Assembly: GCA_028534125.1 (NCBI GenBank)
Contig: CM052817.1
Span: forward strand, 46,812,001-46,876,000
DNA: 64,000 bases
Reading direction: 5' to 3'
Source: Lama glama
Taxonomy: Eukaryota
Shown here: one piece after another, positions 36,601 to 50,599 of the stretch
Layout: each line of letters starts with the position of its first letter
Numbering within the stretch: position 1 is the first letter of the stretch
Notes under the pieces: generated by a model
Database searches by the model: none
Told to the model about the DNA's origin: nothing
What the model saw: the letters and a program-made list of their open reading frames with translations, nothing else
Translations under genes and position numbers: made by a program

Positions 36601-37289
36601 GAGACAGAATTAATAATTTTAAACTACAAAGATGATACTGCTTTACTTATGAGTCTAGATTAGTTTTCCATGTAATTGTGTGCCTTTAGAATTGTCATTA
36701 TAGGGATTGTTTTGTTTCCGTTTTTGCATAACGATAGGGCAGACTTTATGTCATTTATGAGTGTCTCTTGGAATATTTAGTAATTTTTGGTATTATGTTC
36801 TGTTTTTTTTTTTAAGATGAGATCTGTATTTGATACTGTTCTAAAGTGTCCTTGACTGCTAAGCTACACCAAAGAATAATCCATTCTAATTTTACCCTGA
36901 AGATTTTGTAGTAAGAAAAGAGACAGCTATATTAATATACTTATGGTTGCTGCAGGTAGAGATGTGTTAAATTATGAAAAATAGATTTGCAGGACAATAT
37001 AGGGTGCAATGTTAAATATCTTTTAAAGTAGATTTAAAATACAGTGTTTTTATAATTAAACATTATTAATTAAGCATACATATTTCTAGAAAATTTGACA
37101 AAATCAAAAAATATCTAAGGAATACAAGTCACCTATAATCCCTTTCCAGAGTTAATCATTAGTATTTGAAATCATATTTTCATTCTTTTAATTATCTATT
37201 ACACAAAGCAGAGCTATCACTTAGAAATTTTGTCTGGTGAAAGTTTGTTATCATTCTTAAAATTATATCAATTAAAGAAATGAGTCTTC

Positions 37290-38235
37290 AGCTATTGATT
37301 ACATATTTATTTAACTGTAAAAACTAGTGTATGTATTCATACTTAAAAAAATGTCTTCTAGAATGTAAAGGTTTTATCCTTTCTTTCTTGGAGTAAATGC
37401 TGCTAACAGCTTGGTGTACATCGAATGTTCTCGTTTCGTGGTGAGAGTGAGTGAATGAGAGGGTGTGGGTGTGTGTGGGGTGTGTGTCTGAGAGTTTATT
37501 AGGATTTGACTCGTCCTAATTTACTTACGCATATTCCATAGTATGATGTTCATAATTTATTTGATCTTTTATGTTGGTAGACATTTGGATTGTTTTCAGT
37601 ACATTGCTACCACACATACGTTGCTGAAGTGAACATCCTTTTACAATTATTTTTGAGTACAAAATTATTTCTTTGGGATGGATTCCTGAAAATGGAATTG
37701 CTGGGCCAGAGGTTATTCACATGTTGAATTTGATAAATACTTCCAAGTTTTATTTCCATCAGAAGTGTATAAGAATGCTACTGGATTTGATCAATCTTAG
37801 TTTTAAAAATCTGTTAAACAAGAAATAGTGTTTTGTTTTTGTTTTCATTTTCTTTATTACTGTTGACATTTAGCAAATTTTCATATTTGTTTTTCATTTG
37901 GATTTCTTTTGAAAATTTTCTTTTTTTATCCTTTACTTACTAGTCTATTAGAGTTTTTTTTTCTTTTCTTGATTTGTTGGTGCTGTTTATATTTATGGGT
38001 ATTAATCCTTCATGGTTTATGTGTTACATATATTCTCTATCTGTGTACAGTAGTTTCACAATGTAGGAAAATTTTTATATTTTTATAGTAAAATGAATTA
38101 TTCTTTTATGGCTTCTGGAGATCTTCACCCCAGGGTTTAAACAAAATTTCTTACTTTCTTTTGATATTTTTGTACTTTGTTTTCCAAAGATACATGGATA
38201 TCTTTTTGGATGTAGTATTTGATTGTTGTGTCCAT
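37290..38235 (-). mobile_element. Old L1 (L1ME/MC-type) 3' fragment
   Basis: tattccatagtatg...ttggtagacatttggattgttttcag...gtgaacatcc...gattcctgaaaatggaattgctggg. Confidence 0.75.
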
Positions 38236-39371
38236 TTCTTATTTACTCTTCTCATTAGCATTTGACCTTGTTCACTGATCCTTGCCTCTTAAAAAGTGCT
38301 ACTCTCTTTGCGTATGCAGTATCACCGTCTCCTGTTTCTACTTTTACTAGCTGTTTTTTCTTGGGCTTCTTGCTTCCTCCTACCTCCTTCACTGTATATC
38401 CTTTATTTAGTACCTTGTTGCTCATTCCTAGGCCCTTTTTGGTCTTCTATCTGGTATCACTTCTTAGGTGATTTTATCTAGTTTTATGTCTTTATATATG
38501 CATATGTTAATGATTCTCAAGTTTGTATCTCCAGTTTAAACCTTTCGTCTTGAGTACCAGGCTGAAACTTCTGGCCACCCGACATTTGTAAAAACCTTTC
38601 TTCTAACACATAGTGTTCTTTCTTCCTCAAGAGAATCAATCCAGAATCTCTTCTGGATAATACATAGAGCACGCACTGTAGGATATCTGCATAATGCCTT
38701 TTCTCTTAATTCAGTCTGGTAATCAGTGAAGTAATAAACAACGTATCTATCTGTCCCTCTTTTGCCCAACACACTGTCAATTGGTGAATAGAAATAGGAT
38801 AATCATAATGATAGCTGCTTTGGATGAAGGAAAGAATAAATAGACAGCAGTCCTTGGTTCACATTACTAATGAAATCCTTCTGGACAAGAGAAGATTGCC
38901 CTGGCAACTATGTAAAATCCTTGGTTAAACTCTGATTTTGCTCTATGGGAAGAGTGCCCTTTTGACTGTTGTGTGTGTTCTTGGCTTTGTTCTTAGGTGA
39001 TTCTTCGTCATCTTCCTTTGCCATATCTGAAGTAGTAGGCATTTGAAAGTATGACGTACATAGGAATTGCAAAACTTGTGTGGCATCATACCAGTTAGTA
39101 TACATTTAGGGGCTGCAGGGTTTCTTAAAGTTTAATTATAGGGTTTTATAGGCCAATAATATGGTTTGATGGTAGAACTCACTCAAACATTTAGTAGATT
39201 TCTGTTCTGTCTTCAAATCAGTTCCATGTTATATTAACCACAGCAGATCTCTTTTAGTCATAATTTTTTTAAATCTGCTCGTTATCTTACTTGTCTCTCT
39301 ACTAGGCCTTTACCTCTCTCCCTGTGTTTCATGGCTACCTTGAGGGCATCTGAAATAATAGGCTTGGATGA

Positions 39372-39915
39372 TGTATGAGTCAGGGTTTAACCAGAGAAGC
39401 AGAACAAGGAGGAGATTTATGTATGATTGATTGATTGATAGATCGATCGATTGATTTAAATAGATTTATTACAAGGAATTGGCTTACACAATTCTGGAGG
39501 CTGGCTAAGCAAGTCTGAAATTTGTAGGGTAAGCAGTTGTGAAGGTAAGCACTCAGGTAGGCTGAAACCCATGAGCATATATTGAAATTGTTCTCCACAG
39601 GCAGTTAGAAAAGGAAGACCCAGTGAAGGGAGAGCAGTTACAGACTGACTCAGCTGCTATTTGGAGTCTCATTTGTCAAGAAGAACCCAATCTCTTTTGA
39701 AGAACTTACTTGACTAGGTCAGGCTCACTAAGGATGATGACCCTAGCTTAAAAAAAATTGAGTGATGAGGAGCTTTAATTACCTGTGCAAAATCCCACCA
39801 CAGGGGCACCTAGATTAGTGTTTGAATAACTGAGAGAAAGTATTTTCAAAATGGCAGTTGCCCTTCCTTCCTCTTAGTTTACCCTAACCAACCCAACACG
39901 TCAAAATCTATCACA
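39372..39915 (-). mobile_element. ERVL solo LTR (MLT2-like) with internal (GATT/GATC)n
   Basis: tgtatgagtcagggtttaaccagagaagcagaac...gatttattacaaggaattggcttacacaatt...ggaggctggc...aagtctgaaat; ends aaaatctatcaca. Confidence 0.8.
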
Positions 39916-40547
39916 GGTGGGAAAGCAACATTCCTGACCTTATCTTTGCTACTGTTTGACAAAGAATCCTTAAAGTCACAAAGTTAACTTTTTGTATTTG
40001 GAGCAAAGAAACAACTGCCTTCTCCAAACCTGAGATGCCCCAAATTACTGAATTATTTATAAGTCAGGGTTTGCTATTGAGAGATTTCTCTCAGTGGCAC
40101 TGTTTCTCTGTCCATCTCTCTTTGTAAACTATTCATAGCTGAATTGATCTTTTTGTTGTTCTTTAAACAGTCAACACACCAACATTTTGAGTTTTTCTAA
40201 TTGCTTTTAGAATTATGTATCTGGTCACCATGTGATGTGCACTACTCGTTATTGCAAGCGAGTTTTGCAAAATGGTTTGCTACTGCATAACAGGTTGTTA
40301 GCATCCTAGCCTGAGATATGTTTCTTTGCCACCTGTTTTCTAAAAGCTTTATCAGTGTTTTTAGGAATTTATTATGGCAGCATTCCACTCCTAACGTACA
40401 GGACTAGTTAAGATATAAGATGGGTTGTTTGAACAAAGAGACTTCAAAACACATGAAGTTCAGGCAGGGTAGATTATGTGATACTCTGGGGGTAGTCCTT
40501 CAGGATGTTCCTAGACCTAAGTTTCTACTATTACAGCATCCCTTAAC

Positions 40548-40754
40548 CTGGGCTGTCTGCTATGGTAGCAACTATCCACATATGGCTACTAAGCACTTGA
40601 AATGTGTCTAGTACAACTGGGGATCTGGATTTTTATTTTAATTTAAACTTAATTAATTTAATTAAAATAATCATATGTGGCTGGTGGCTACCATATTGAA
40701 GAGTGCAGATATAGAACATTTCCAGCATCACAGAAAGTTTAACTGGACAGCTCT
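40548..40754 (-). mobile_element. hAT-Charlie MITE, MER3-like
   Basis: gctgtc...tatggtagc..cta.ccacatatggctactaagcacttgaaatgtg...catatgtggctggtggctaccatattg...agaacatttcc...acagaaagtt...tggacagc. Confidence 0.85.
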
Positions 40755-40825
40755 GCTTTAGAGTGTTGACTCTTCATCTACAAGATCTAATCTGGCTCAC
40801 CAGCATCATGTTGATGTTCCACCCT

Positions 40826-41225
40826 ATTATGGGCTGAATTGTATTTCCCCATAATTCATGTTGGGGCCCTAACCCCCAGTATCTCCGAAGATGACTGTAT
40901 GTAGGGATAGGGCCTTTAAAAAGGTAGTTACGGTTAAATTAGGTCATATGGGTAGGCTCTAAGCAAATCTGACAGACGTCCTTATAAGAAGAAGAAATTT
41001 GAACATAGAGACACTTGGGATGTGTGCACGCAGAAAAATGGCCATGTGAAGACACATGTGACGACATGGCCATTTGCAAGCCAAAAAGAGGCTTTAGAAG
41101 AAACCACACCTGCTGACACCCTGATCTTGGACTTCTAGCCTCAAGAACTGTGAGAAAATATATTGCTGTTGTTTAAGCCACTCATTCTGTGTTATTTTGT
41201 AAGGCAGCTCTTGCAAACTCATACT
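40826..41225 (+). mobile_element. MaLR solo LTR (MLT1A/B-like)
   Basis: ttatgggctgaattgt...ccctaacccccagta...gatagggcctttaaa...cctgctgacaccctgatcttggacttctagcctc.agaactgtgagaaaata...tttaagccac. Confidence 0.9.
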
Positions 41226-41779
41226 CAGTCCAAGAAAAATAAAAAACAGAAGTGTGGGCATAGATAGCTTCCCTTTAAGGAATTGACCAAGAAATTTCAA
41301 GCATAACTCCCTGTTGTATGCTATTGGCCAGAAATTAGTTATATGTCCATTCCTAGGACCTAACTCTTGCTCTGTGGCCATTATACCTAGATATAACTTG
41401 TGGGAGAAGTGTTTTACCAAAAGTAAAAGGGGAGTGTGGATATTGGGCGATAACTAAAGTCTTACACCAATATAATCCTAGCATTACATTGTCCTTATGG
41501 CTAGCAATACAAGAAAAAAAGTCACTCCTAGATCCTGAAATAATCTTTTTGGCCTAGCTTGGGTCATGTGTCCATTCCTGAAGCAGCAACGTCTTCTAAA
41601 GAAGATTTCTTTGTTCAAGCCTGGGTCATGTACTTTCCACTCCATGTAGGAGGTGGACTAGGAGAGGCATTCCCACCTAAGCCTCATGGAATGGTTTCCC
41701 AAAGAAAGAGTGTTCATATTGCCACGGTAAAGTGAGAGAGAGGGAAGGGAAAGGATATTGGACATAAGAACTCCAGATT

Positions 41780-42250
41780 AGTATCTTGAAACTACTTTTC
41801 TCACTCCATCCTTGCTGCCGTTACCCTAGTCCAGGCTATTATCTTACTTGGACTTCAGAGCAGCCTCCTAATTTGATCTCCTAGCTCTCTTCTCCTGTCT
41901 CCCCATGCAACAACTAGGCTAATCTTTCGGAAATATAAATCATTATTTGACTTCTCTTTGCTCTTAGAATAAAGCCCAAACTTCTAACTTGGCCTGTAAG
42001 ACTTTGTGTGGCTAATTCTTCTTATTGTTCTAGCTTTGTTTTATATTGCTTTCAGTATATTCATTATCTTGTAGTCACACTGACCTTTTCTTAGAACATG
42101 CAGATTTTCTCACTTGGGATCTGTTTACTTTCTTTCTAGGGTGTTCTTCCCCTGGTTCTTCGTTTCTTCTCATCCTTTAGGTTTCAACTTAGATATTCTT
42201 CTCTGTACAGGTTGTTGGAAGAAACTTTCCTCTCCTACTCATCTCTCCTT
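41780..42250 (+). mobile_element. L2 fragment
   Basis: ccctagtccaggct...cagcctcctaa...tgctcttagaataaagcccaaacttcta...ggcct. Confidence 0.75.
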
Positions 42251-42559
42251 CTCCACCTTCCCTTTCAGTTTTCTGCCCGTAACTGGGTGGGTTTAACTGG
42301 GGTGAAGGATAGAAGGCCCTGTTGGTCTTTGACCAAGCTTTATTAGTATTAAGTACTTTAGTGGACTGTTATCTCTTTCTTACATTTAGAAAGGGATTTG
42401 TGGGTGGTGAGAGTGGGAGAGTTAGAGTGTTTAACATCCCCAGATTCGTAACAGTTACGTTTATTCGTATCTCCACACCAATTTTAACTATTAGGTTATA
42501 CCTTTTGAAATTGCTTTTTGTACATCAAAAGTCACCAAAAATCTGATTTATGGTTCAAC

Positions 42560-43700
42560 TGAATATGTTAGCATGCTTTGATGTCTTAGAAAGCAGTTCT
42601 CCTTCACTGATCTTCAGGAGTTTTGGATATTGTGTGTTTAACTTTTCAAATGGCTTTTGTAAACTGCTGTAAAATGCCTATTGGAATTATGATTGGAATA
42701 CATTAAAATTTGAATTAGTTTGGGGAGAAATAAATATATAATACTGAGCATCCCCATGTAGGAATATGGCATGCCTATATTTTTTCAGCCCTTCATGTGT
42801 CTTTAATAAAATTTTACAGTTTTCATATAGGTTTTATACATTTCTTGTGGAGTTAGTCCAGATTATTCATAGTTGCTATTGCTCTCATGAATGGTATTTT
42901 TTTATTCTTTTATACTTTCTAATTTAGTTATTTCTGAAATATAGAAACCTATTGATTTTCATATTTCGATCTCAAGTATATGACCACTCAACTGAATTCT
43001 CATATATTGAGTCTATTTTCTGACTAAAATGTTATATTGACTCCAATAAATGATTGCCTTAATCTCTTCTTGTTCAGTATTTACACCTCTTGTTTGCTTT
43101 TCTTCTCTTATTACATCAGTTTTGAACATTCCCAAAATGTTGAATAGAAGTGGTAATATAGGCTATCCTTATCTTTCCCTTGTTTTAGTGGGAGTACTGT
43201 TATGTCAGTATTAAGTATAATACAAATATGCTGTATCTATTTAGTATATTTTTTTCTCTTACCCTGCTAAGTATTATCAGAAATATATACTGAATTTTAT
43301 CAAATGCTTTTTTGGCATCTGTTGAAAAGATTATTTCTTCCCCTTCTCCCCAATCTATTCATATAATAAATTGCAATAATAAATTTCCTAGTACTAAACT
43401 GTGTTTGGAATACTTACTGTGATGTAGTATTCTTTTAATATACTGTTGGATTTGATTTCATTAACATTTTAATTTATATTTTTAGGGAGATTACCTATTT
43501 CATATTAGATTTCCATATTTATTAGGAGAAACTATCATTTCCTTCTTACATCAATCTTACAAAGATTTGTGCTTTACAGATTTAATTTTTGTGCATCCTT
43601 TTTCCTTTTAATCTTACAGTTACATTTTTAACCATTTTTGCTATTGGTTGTTAGAAGTTTGATCAAAATGTTTTATTTGATTTCTTTGTAGTTTAGTAAT
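42560..43700 (-). mobile_element. Old L1 ORF2 fragment
   Basis: ttgattggaatacatt...tttggggagaa; aatgttgaatagaagtggt; gaattttatcaaatgcttttttggcatctgttga are reverse L1 ORF2 landmarks. Confidence 0.8.
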
Positions 43701-43739
43701 TTTTTAAAGTGGTATAAGTAATTTAGTGTGTACTTCTTA

Positions 43740-44197
43740 ATTTTTTTAATAATTAAAACAATTTAATTATGGCTAACAACACAAAAATTTTACCACTTTA
43801 ATCATTTAAGTATACAGTTCAGTAGTGTTAAGTGTATTCACACTATTGTGTAACAGATCTCCAGGACTTTTTCATCTTGTGAAACAGAAATGCTATACTT
43901 ATTAAACAACAACTTCCTGTTCCCCTGTCCCCCAACTCCTGGTAACCACTTAATGTTTCTATGAATTTAACTACTTTAGGTACTTCATATAAGTGGGTTT
44001 ATACAGTGTTTGTCTTTTTGTGACTGGCGTATTTCACTTAGCATAATGTCCTTAAGAGTCATAAATGTTATATCTTTTGACAGGATTTCATTCTCCTTTA
44101 AGACTGAATATTCCATTGTATGTATATATCACATTTTGTTTTATCCATTCATCCATCGATGGACAGTTGGGTTGCTTCCACCTCTTGGCTATTGTGC
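43740..44197 (-). mobile_element. L1MB-type 3'UTR
   Basis: aagtatacagttcagtagtgttaagt.tattcaca...tttgtctttttgtgactggc.tatttcacttagcataatgtcc...ttgggttgcttccacct. Confidence 0.88.
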
Positions 44198-44741
44198 CTC
44201 TTAATTTTTACACTCAGTTCATGTAATTCAAATTTATATTGGCTTATGGGAGAAGATAGGAACTTAATCTTGTATTTCCAAGTAGTTAAACAGTTGATTT
44301 AGCTATTTCATACTCTATCCTTTCCCACTATTTGAAGTGCTATTTCATATATTTAGACTGTAGAATAATAGACTGTATTATATCTGCTCAGTATATACAT
44401 CTCTATATGTATTGCATTTGTATAACCTGCAGGCCTGTAGGGTTTTATGGTTAACAAAGTAATTTTCCATATTTTTCACTTAACGTAGTCAGTGGTGGCT
44501 TCTTTCTTTCCTTTCTTCCCTCCCTCTCTTCCAAATCTCTACTAGAGAAGTAAAAATGCTTTCAGCACCATGTTCTTATTGATGTATGATGTTGTTAGTC
44601 TTAACTAGTCTGTCTTTAGGCTTAAACACCTCCATACACTATTAGGGCAGGATCTACAAATTCTATGAATGTATTTTACTTCTCTTGCATTATCCTTCCA
44701 GTGTTCTTTAGCTTTGTTTCAATATTTTAAAAATATATTTT

Positions 44742-45442
44742 AACTCACAAGGCAATAGAAATAAAAGCAAAAATAAACAAAAAGGACCTAATCAAACTTA
44801 GAAGTTTTTACACAGCAAAGGAAACCATAAACAAAATGAAAAGACAGCCTGTGGACTGAGAAAATATTTGCAAACGATGTGACTGACAAGGGCTTAATTT
44901 CCAGAATATACAGATAGCTCATATAACTCAATAACTACAACAACAACAACAACAAAAACCCAGAAAATGAAACAACACAATCAAAAAAATGAGCAGAAGA
45001 CCTAAATAAACATTTCTTCACAGAAGACATACAGATGGTCAATAGGCACATTAAAAGATGCTCAGTATTGCTAATTATCAGAGAAATGTAAATCAAAACT
45101 ACAATGAAGTATCACATCACACCAGTCAGAATGGCCATAATGAAAAAGTCTATAAACAATAAATGCTGGAGAGGGTGTGGAGAAAAGGGAACCCTTCTAC
45201 ATTGTTGGTGGGTAAGTCATTTGGTGCAACCATAATGAAAAACAGTATAGAGATTGCTTAAAAAGCTAAAAATAGAGTTACCAAAGGATCCAGCAATCCC
45301 ACTCCTTGGCATATATCTGGAGAAAATTCTAATTTGAAAAGATACATATATCCCAATGTTTATATATATATTTCTATAACTGAATCACTATGCTGTATAC
45401 CAGAAACTAATACAACATTTTAAATCAACTATACTTCAATCA

Positions 45443-45445
<3 letters not shown>
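44742..45445 (+). mobile_element. L1 3' fragment (ORF2 end joined to extreme 3' end), followed by (TA)n
   Basis: aaaagcaaaaataaac...gacctaatcaaactta; caccagtcagaatggcca; abrupt jump at ~45360 to taactgaatcactatgctgtataccagaaactaa; (TA)n at ~45448-45476. Confidence 0.9.
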
Positions 45446-45479
<34 letters not shown>

Positions 45480-46439
45480 CAAGTAAACCAGGAGTAATTT
45501 AATACTTACGCAGTTGCTATTCAGGAAATGCTAAAACAGAGGAGCTGCTATATGACTTGAGGTAAGTTTTCATTCTACTAAGGGAACAATACATCTTTTA
45601 AATCAAATTTATGTTAAAGTATGCAGCAAAGTTACTAAACTGTGACTGGTGTTTGTTTAATGCTGGAGGAGTCTTAAAGGGAGACTGCATTATCTTTTTT
45701 CTGTTTTTATTAAATCATAGAGTGAATGTAAATTGTAAAAATTTAAACAGTAGAAGATAAGTTGTGAGTTGGAAATTTCCCTTTTATATCCCAAGTTATA
45801 AATTTTAAATGTATATAATTTCATAACTTTATGCATTTACACGCATATATCCACATGTACTTTTTTGTAAACAAATTTTTGTTTTGCATGAATAGAGTCA
45901 TTATAAAAATATTCTGTAAATTTCTTTTTAAAGTTAATATTTTATTATAGACTCTTCCCGTATAAATATATATATTGTTTATTTTATTTCTTTTAGTGGC
46001 TGTGGAGTAATCCCTTGTCAGTATCATGACTTCCCTGGTTTGATTGTTTATAGACAGTATTTTGGTTGTGCCCAGTGTTCTTCCATTACAAACAGTACTG
46101 CCGTAGACTCTTTTTGATATTTATCTGTGTGTATTTCTGTATTTTGGTAGGATATACACGGGTGATGAAAGTGCTAGACTAAAAGTACATGGGTCTTTTC
46201 TAACTCCCATTTTATTATGTGTATGAATGCCGTACTTTTTAAACTATGATGGTTTTTGTAGTATTTTAGTATGTTTTAAAATGTGCTATGTCAAATGTCA
46301 GCTTTCAAGCCCCATTAATATCTATTTTCTGGTACGTCACTCTCTGTTGACTGATTTATCCATTAAGAGTCATAAAGTATCACCTCTTCCCTGAAGGTAT
46401 TCATAACACTTAGCACATTGGGTAATTATAACCTCAACA

Positions 46440-46670
46440 ACTAATATTTTAATGAGTTCTTATGATATGCCATGCACAGTTCTATTTGCTTTGTGTATAG
46501 TATCTCATTTAGCCCTCACAACAATTCTAAAAGTTAGATAATACTATGATCCACATTTTATAGTTAAAAAAACCAAGGAAAAGAATAACTTGCTTAGAGT
46601 CACTGTAAATGATGGAAATGAAATATAAACGTGGGCAGTCTGCTTTTTTAACTCCTGTAGTTCACTGCCT
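46440..46670 (-). mobile_element. MIR SINE
   Basis: tatctcatttagccctcacaacaattct...ccacattttatag...aataacttgcttagagtcac. Confidence 0.75.
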
Positions 46671-49600
46671 CCCTACTGCTCTTTTATGGTCTCTACTAGT
46701 AATTGCTCAAGAAATGTTTTGTATAAATTGTAAAGCTTACTGCCTTATTTCATCTGGCATCTAGGTCCTCTTTACAGGTCTGTGTGAATGACATCTCTTT
46801 CTAATTTATGACCTACCCCTGGATCATTATACATAAGTAGTAATAGTCCTGTATGTTTAAGAGTTGATTAGAACACCAGATTATAAGACTGTTTCTCCCC
46901 ATCCTCTCCCCCCCAAAAAGGACTTCATTGGAGTATAGTTAGTTAGCGTTGCTCTATTCTGTTAAATTTTGTTGTTTCCCTAACTCCCTCTTGGGAAAAT
47001 TCAGGTGATTGATCTTGAGATGGATTTCGTAAGTTGTGAGTGAATACTGTACTATCCTTCACCTTTTCTGGCACATCAAATCAAAACGCAAACCTTGTAA
47101 ATGACTTCTTTTTTATAGTAAGTTTTCAAAGTGTAAAGTGAGAAGAATGCTGTCTTAGACCCTACTACATCTCTTAATTCATACTGTCAAGTGAATGTGA
47201 TATGCAAGCTGAATCTCTCAGTCTCACACCAAAGGGACGTCACAATACTTTCTTCTTTTCTTGGGGGTCAGATGCGATAATCACGTGAAGAGATTTGTGA
47301 ACTATAGCAGTCTTCATATTAGTTTTTAAAACTGAAGTTTGAGGAAGAACAGATTACTTTGTGAAAATGGGGTTACTGACTAGTAATATCTTTGCTGTTT
47401 TTAAAAAACACAATTTAAAATCTGTAATTTAGAAGACTCTGAGTTTTATTTTCCTTCCTAATTTGATTATTTTATTAAATTCATAGATTGACATTAAAAC
47501 TGTTTGGCTATAATTGTGCATATGGGTTAATTTATTTTAGGTGGAGCCAGTGTTAGCATAGGAAGTAGAATTCTATAATGAAGATGCCATAAATGAAAAT
47601 TATGTGGGCTAGATGCTCTTCTAGGATTACATTCTGGATTTATTAGATTTTTAGTATTTAAATAGAATATATTCTTAAATTTCTCCATAGTTTAAAAATA
47701 TTTGCTCCTTAATCATATTGTTAATAAAGAGGGAGAGATAGGAGTAATGGGAAATGCAGTATGCTTTTCTTACTCTTTTATCTCCTTTTGTGGGAATGAT
47801 GAAGCAAATCATAATTCTCTGCTGTGAGCTTAGCAGGTGATTCAGTGGTTCTAGATAAAATGGTAAAGTATCAAAGCAAAGATTTGACCATGCTGTTTTC
47901 TAAATCTCAGAACCTTTAAAACATGCTTAACTGGCTTTGTGGATTGTTCTTTCACTTATACCTTTCCTTCCTTTCTTTTTTCACTCTACCCAGTATTACC
48001 ACTGTAAAGTCTCAGATCCTCTCCACTATTTGACCCAGCTTTCTGGCTTCAACTCAAACTTTTGTACTGAGTTCTCTTGGCCAGATCCTAGTTTTGGGAT
48101 ATGTTTTAAGTTGTTAATGTGCCTTAGTATGTGGGAGATCTTTTCATATGTAGAAATTCTTACCTACTTTAGTCTTACCACCAAATCCTCTCATCTTGTA
48201 TGCTAAGACATAAAAAACATGAGCTTGGTATTGCAGCTTTTTGTCTTCCATGCATGAGCAACTTCATTTTGTTTCCCATGTGGCCCAGAACAGAATAATA
48301 GCAAAAGGATCCATTCATTGGCTTAGACAGCCTTGAATGTTAAGCCTTGAACATCTTAAACACTAATGTCCTCCTGACTTCACTACTAGAAGCAGAAGTT
48401 TCTCTGAAAATCTTAATCAAAGGGCAATTAGGAAGAATCGTCAGATTCCAATTTCATTAAACTCCAGGCATGTAAATACTTGGCAATTTCTTTGCTTGAT
48501 GTAAAATTACATTCCATTATGAAATAACCCACTGTATTTGTATTTCTTTTCTAATATTTCTCCTGGGAAAAAAACACTATATGGAAAGAATTTAAAGTCA
48601 AGTTAGGAAACTTGCTTTTGAGTCCTGCTTTAATACTATGTGACTTTGGGAAGGTTACTACTTAACCTCATTTTCTTCATTGGTGTTGAAGCTAATAATT
48701 CTTTCTAACAGTTTTTCTAAAAAATGAAGATAGCCTGTTTATCTAGCACACTGTCTTATATGTTGGAGCTATTCATTACTTAGTTTTTTGGGTATTTAAT
48801 TGTTACATGTAATTCTTGAATGAAGTTGTCATTGTTCTTTTTCAGTCAGGAGCAGTTTTCTTTACCTTTCTTAGGTCATGGATTTTAGTTAGATTCTGAT
48901 GAAAACTATGGACCTGTTTTTCCCTCTAATGTACTTAAATACATACATACGGCATTTTGCAGATTGTTTCAGGAGGATCATAGAGTTTTTGAGTCATAGG
49001 TCTATGAACCATGGATTATTTTATTTACCTTGGGTGAAGAGTACTGGATTTCATCTTTTATCTGTTGAGAAGTTCAGTGCCCTTCTGTGCTTTTTATCAC
49101 CTTTAAAGTTAAAAAGTAAACAACCCCTTCCACACCTCTACACAAATAATCACACCAAAGCTAAAGAAATTTTCTTCCAAAGGTTGCCACTATATAATCA
49201 GAGAGTTTTCTTTGGATAAATAATAGATTAGAACATTTTAAATCACTACCAGCCTTTCCTCCCTTATTCTTTTTGAAACCATTGAAATCTTGACTCAGAG
49301 AAAAAAATGTGTTAAGAGATAATTGGTTTTTATATCTGCTTTTTCTTCCCCTAAAGGTATGAAGGATATCTTACGGAACGATAAGATGTACTTAATAAAG
49401 TTTACAGCTGTTTCCTCATTATATGTTTAACACCAAACTATAAAGCTTTAATTTTATTCCTTGAGGCTTATTTTACAGTTATTGCCTTAACTTTTCTTTT
49501 AAATATGGTGGAGTGAGTACATTCCTTTAACTTCCTTCCCTTCCCAGTATCCCACTTACATTGTTCAAAGGTTGAATTAAGTCAGTTTTGAAAAGCAGGA

Positions 49601-50599
49601 ACAGATGTTATTACATTGATCAAAATACCTTAAAGAGGAGCAGAAGGACCTCATTAATTCTGTAACTTTATGTGTGCTTGGATATGTGTAGGAAAAATGG
49701 AAAAAAGCTCCAGCTTTAGGCATGGATAAGCCCAGATTTGAGTAATATCATCAGTGCTGGTTTTCTTTTCAACATTTTAGTCTCTCTTGTCCTCTGTATT
49801 AGTTTTATTTTCAGCCAGGCAAATTTGGCTGCCAAAGGAGATAGGGATGGGATATTCTAGCCAGACCTGGGTCCTGTGGCCACCCCAGTGGTGGCTGGGA
49901 AGACTCACCTCCACCCAAAACACATGGAATATTTTCCCCACAGACAAGAGGGATTATGTTACTAGAAAAAGGGGGTGGGGAAAAAGCATGTTGAGCAGTA
50001 AAATTACAGTTCACAGTCCACTACAGGTACCATCAGAGGACCAGGAATTTTGAAGAAGATAGAAATTCACGGAATCAGATTGACAGCAAAATCTCAGAGG
50101 AAACTGCAACTCAAGATACCAGAGGTAAGCTCAGGTTTTCCTAGGGGAACTTGAGAAAGGCTCCAAGGTTGGAGCCAACAAATACAAAGAACAGTTGTGG
50201 GCAATGGGATAATCAAGAATTTTTTAAAGAATAATTTTTCAAAATGCTAGGTTAGTTCGCCTCCTTCCTGCCCTTTCTCCAGTCTAAACAGCTGTGGTAG
50301 CAGTTGTGCCTGCCCTCAGGCCTGAAGTCTAAGAACTGTTCTCTTCTAAGAAAGTAGACCAGCAGTTCAATGGGACATCTGTGGTGTTGAAACCTGAGAG
50401 ACGCAGAGGCACTGAAGCATTCCTCTTCAGAGAAAAGCAGTTGGTGGATCCTAGCAAGCTTGACTTCTGTACAGGTACCTTTCTGGGATGCCTGCTTATC
50501 TATATTCCCTGCCTGCTTAAATATTACTACTCTCCATTTAAGGGAAAAGCCAATTTGGAAAACAATCCCGAACAACCTCAAAGAAAACCCATAATTGTT

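Larger units (their letters stand above)
39080..41470 (-). mobile_element. MaLR internal segment + old MLT1 LTR, hosting three later insertions
   Basis: Shares blocks with the MLT1-int at 25.6-26.1 kb (gctaccttgagg-catctgaaataat-gg-ttggatg); int/LTR junction cattccactcctaacgtac at ~40381-40399. Confidence 0.6.

Noticed and set aside
47500..47560. Acceptor-like ttattttag|GTGGAG as ANKRD17 exon 2
   Set aside because: Translates VEPVLA-stop rather than the expected VESFILDQ
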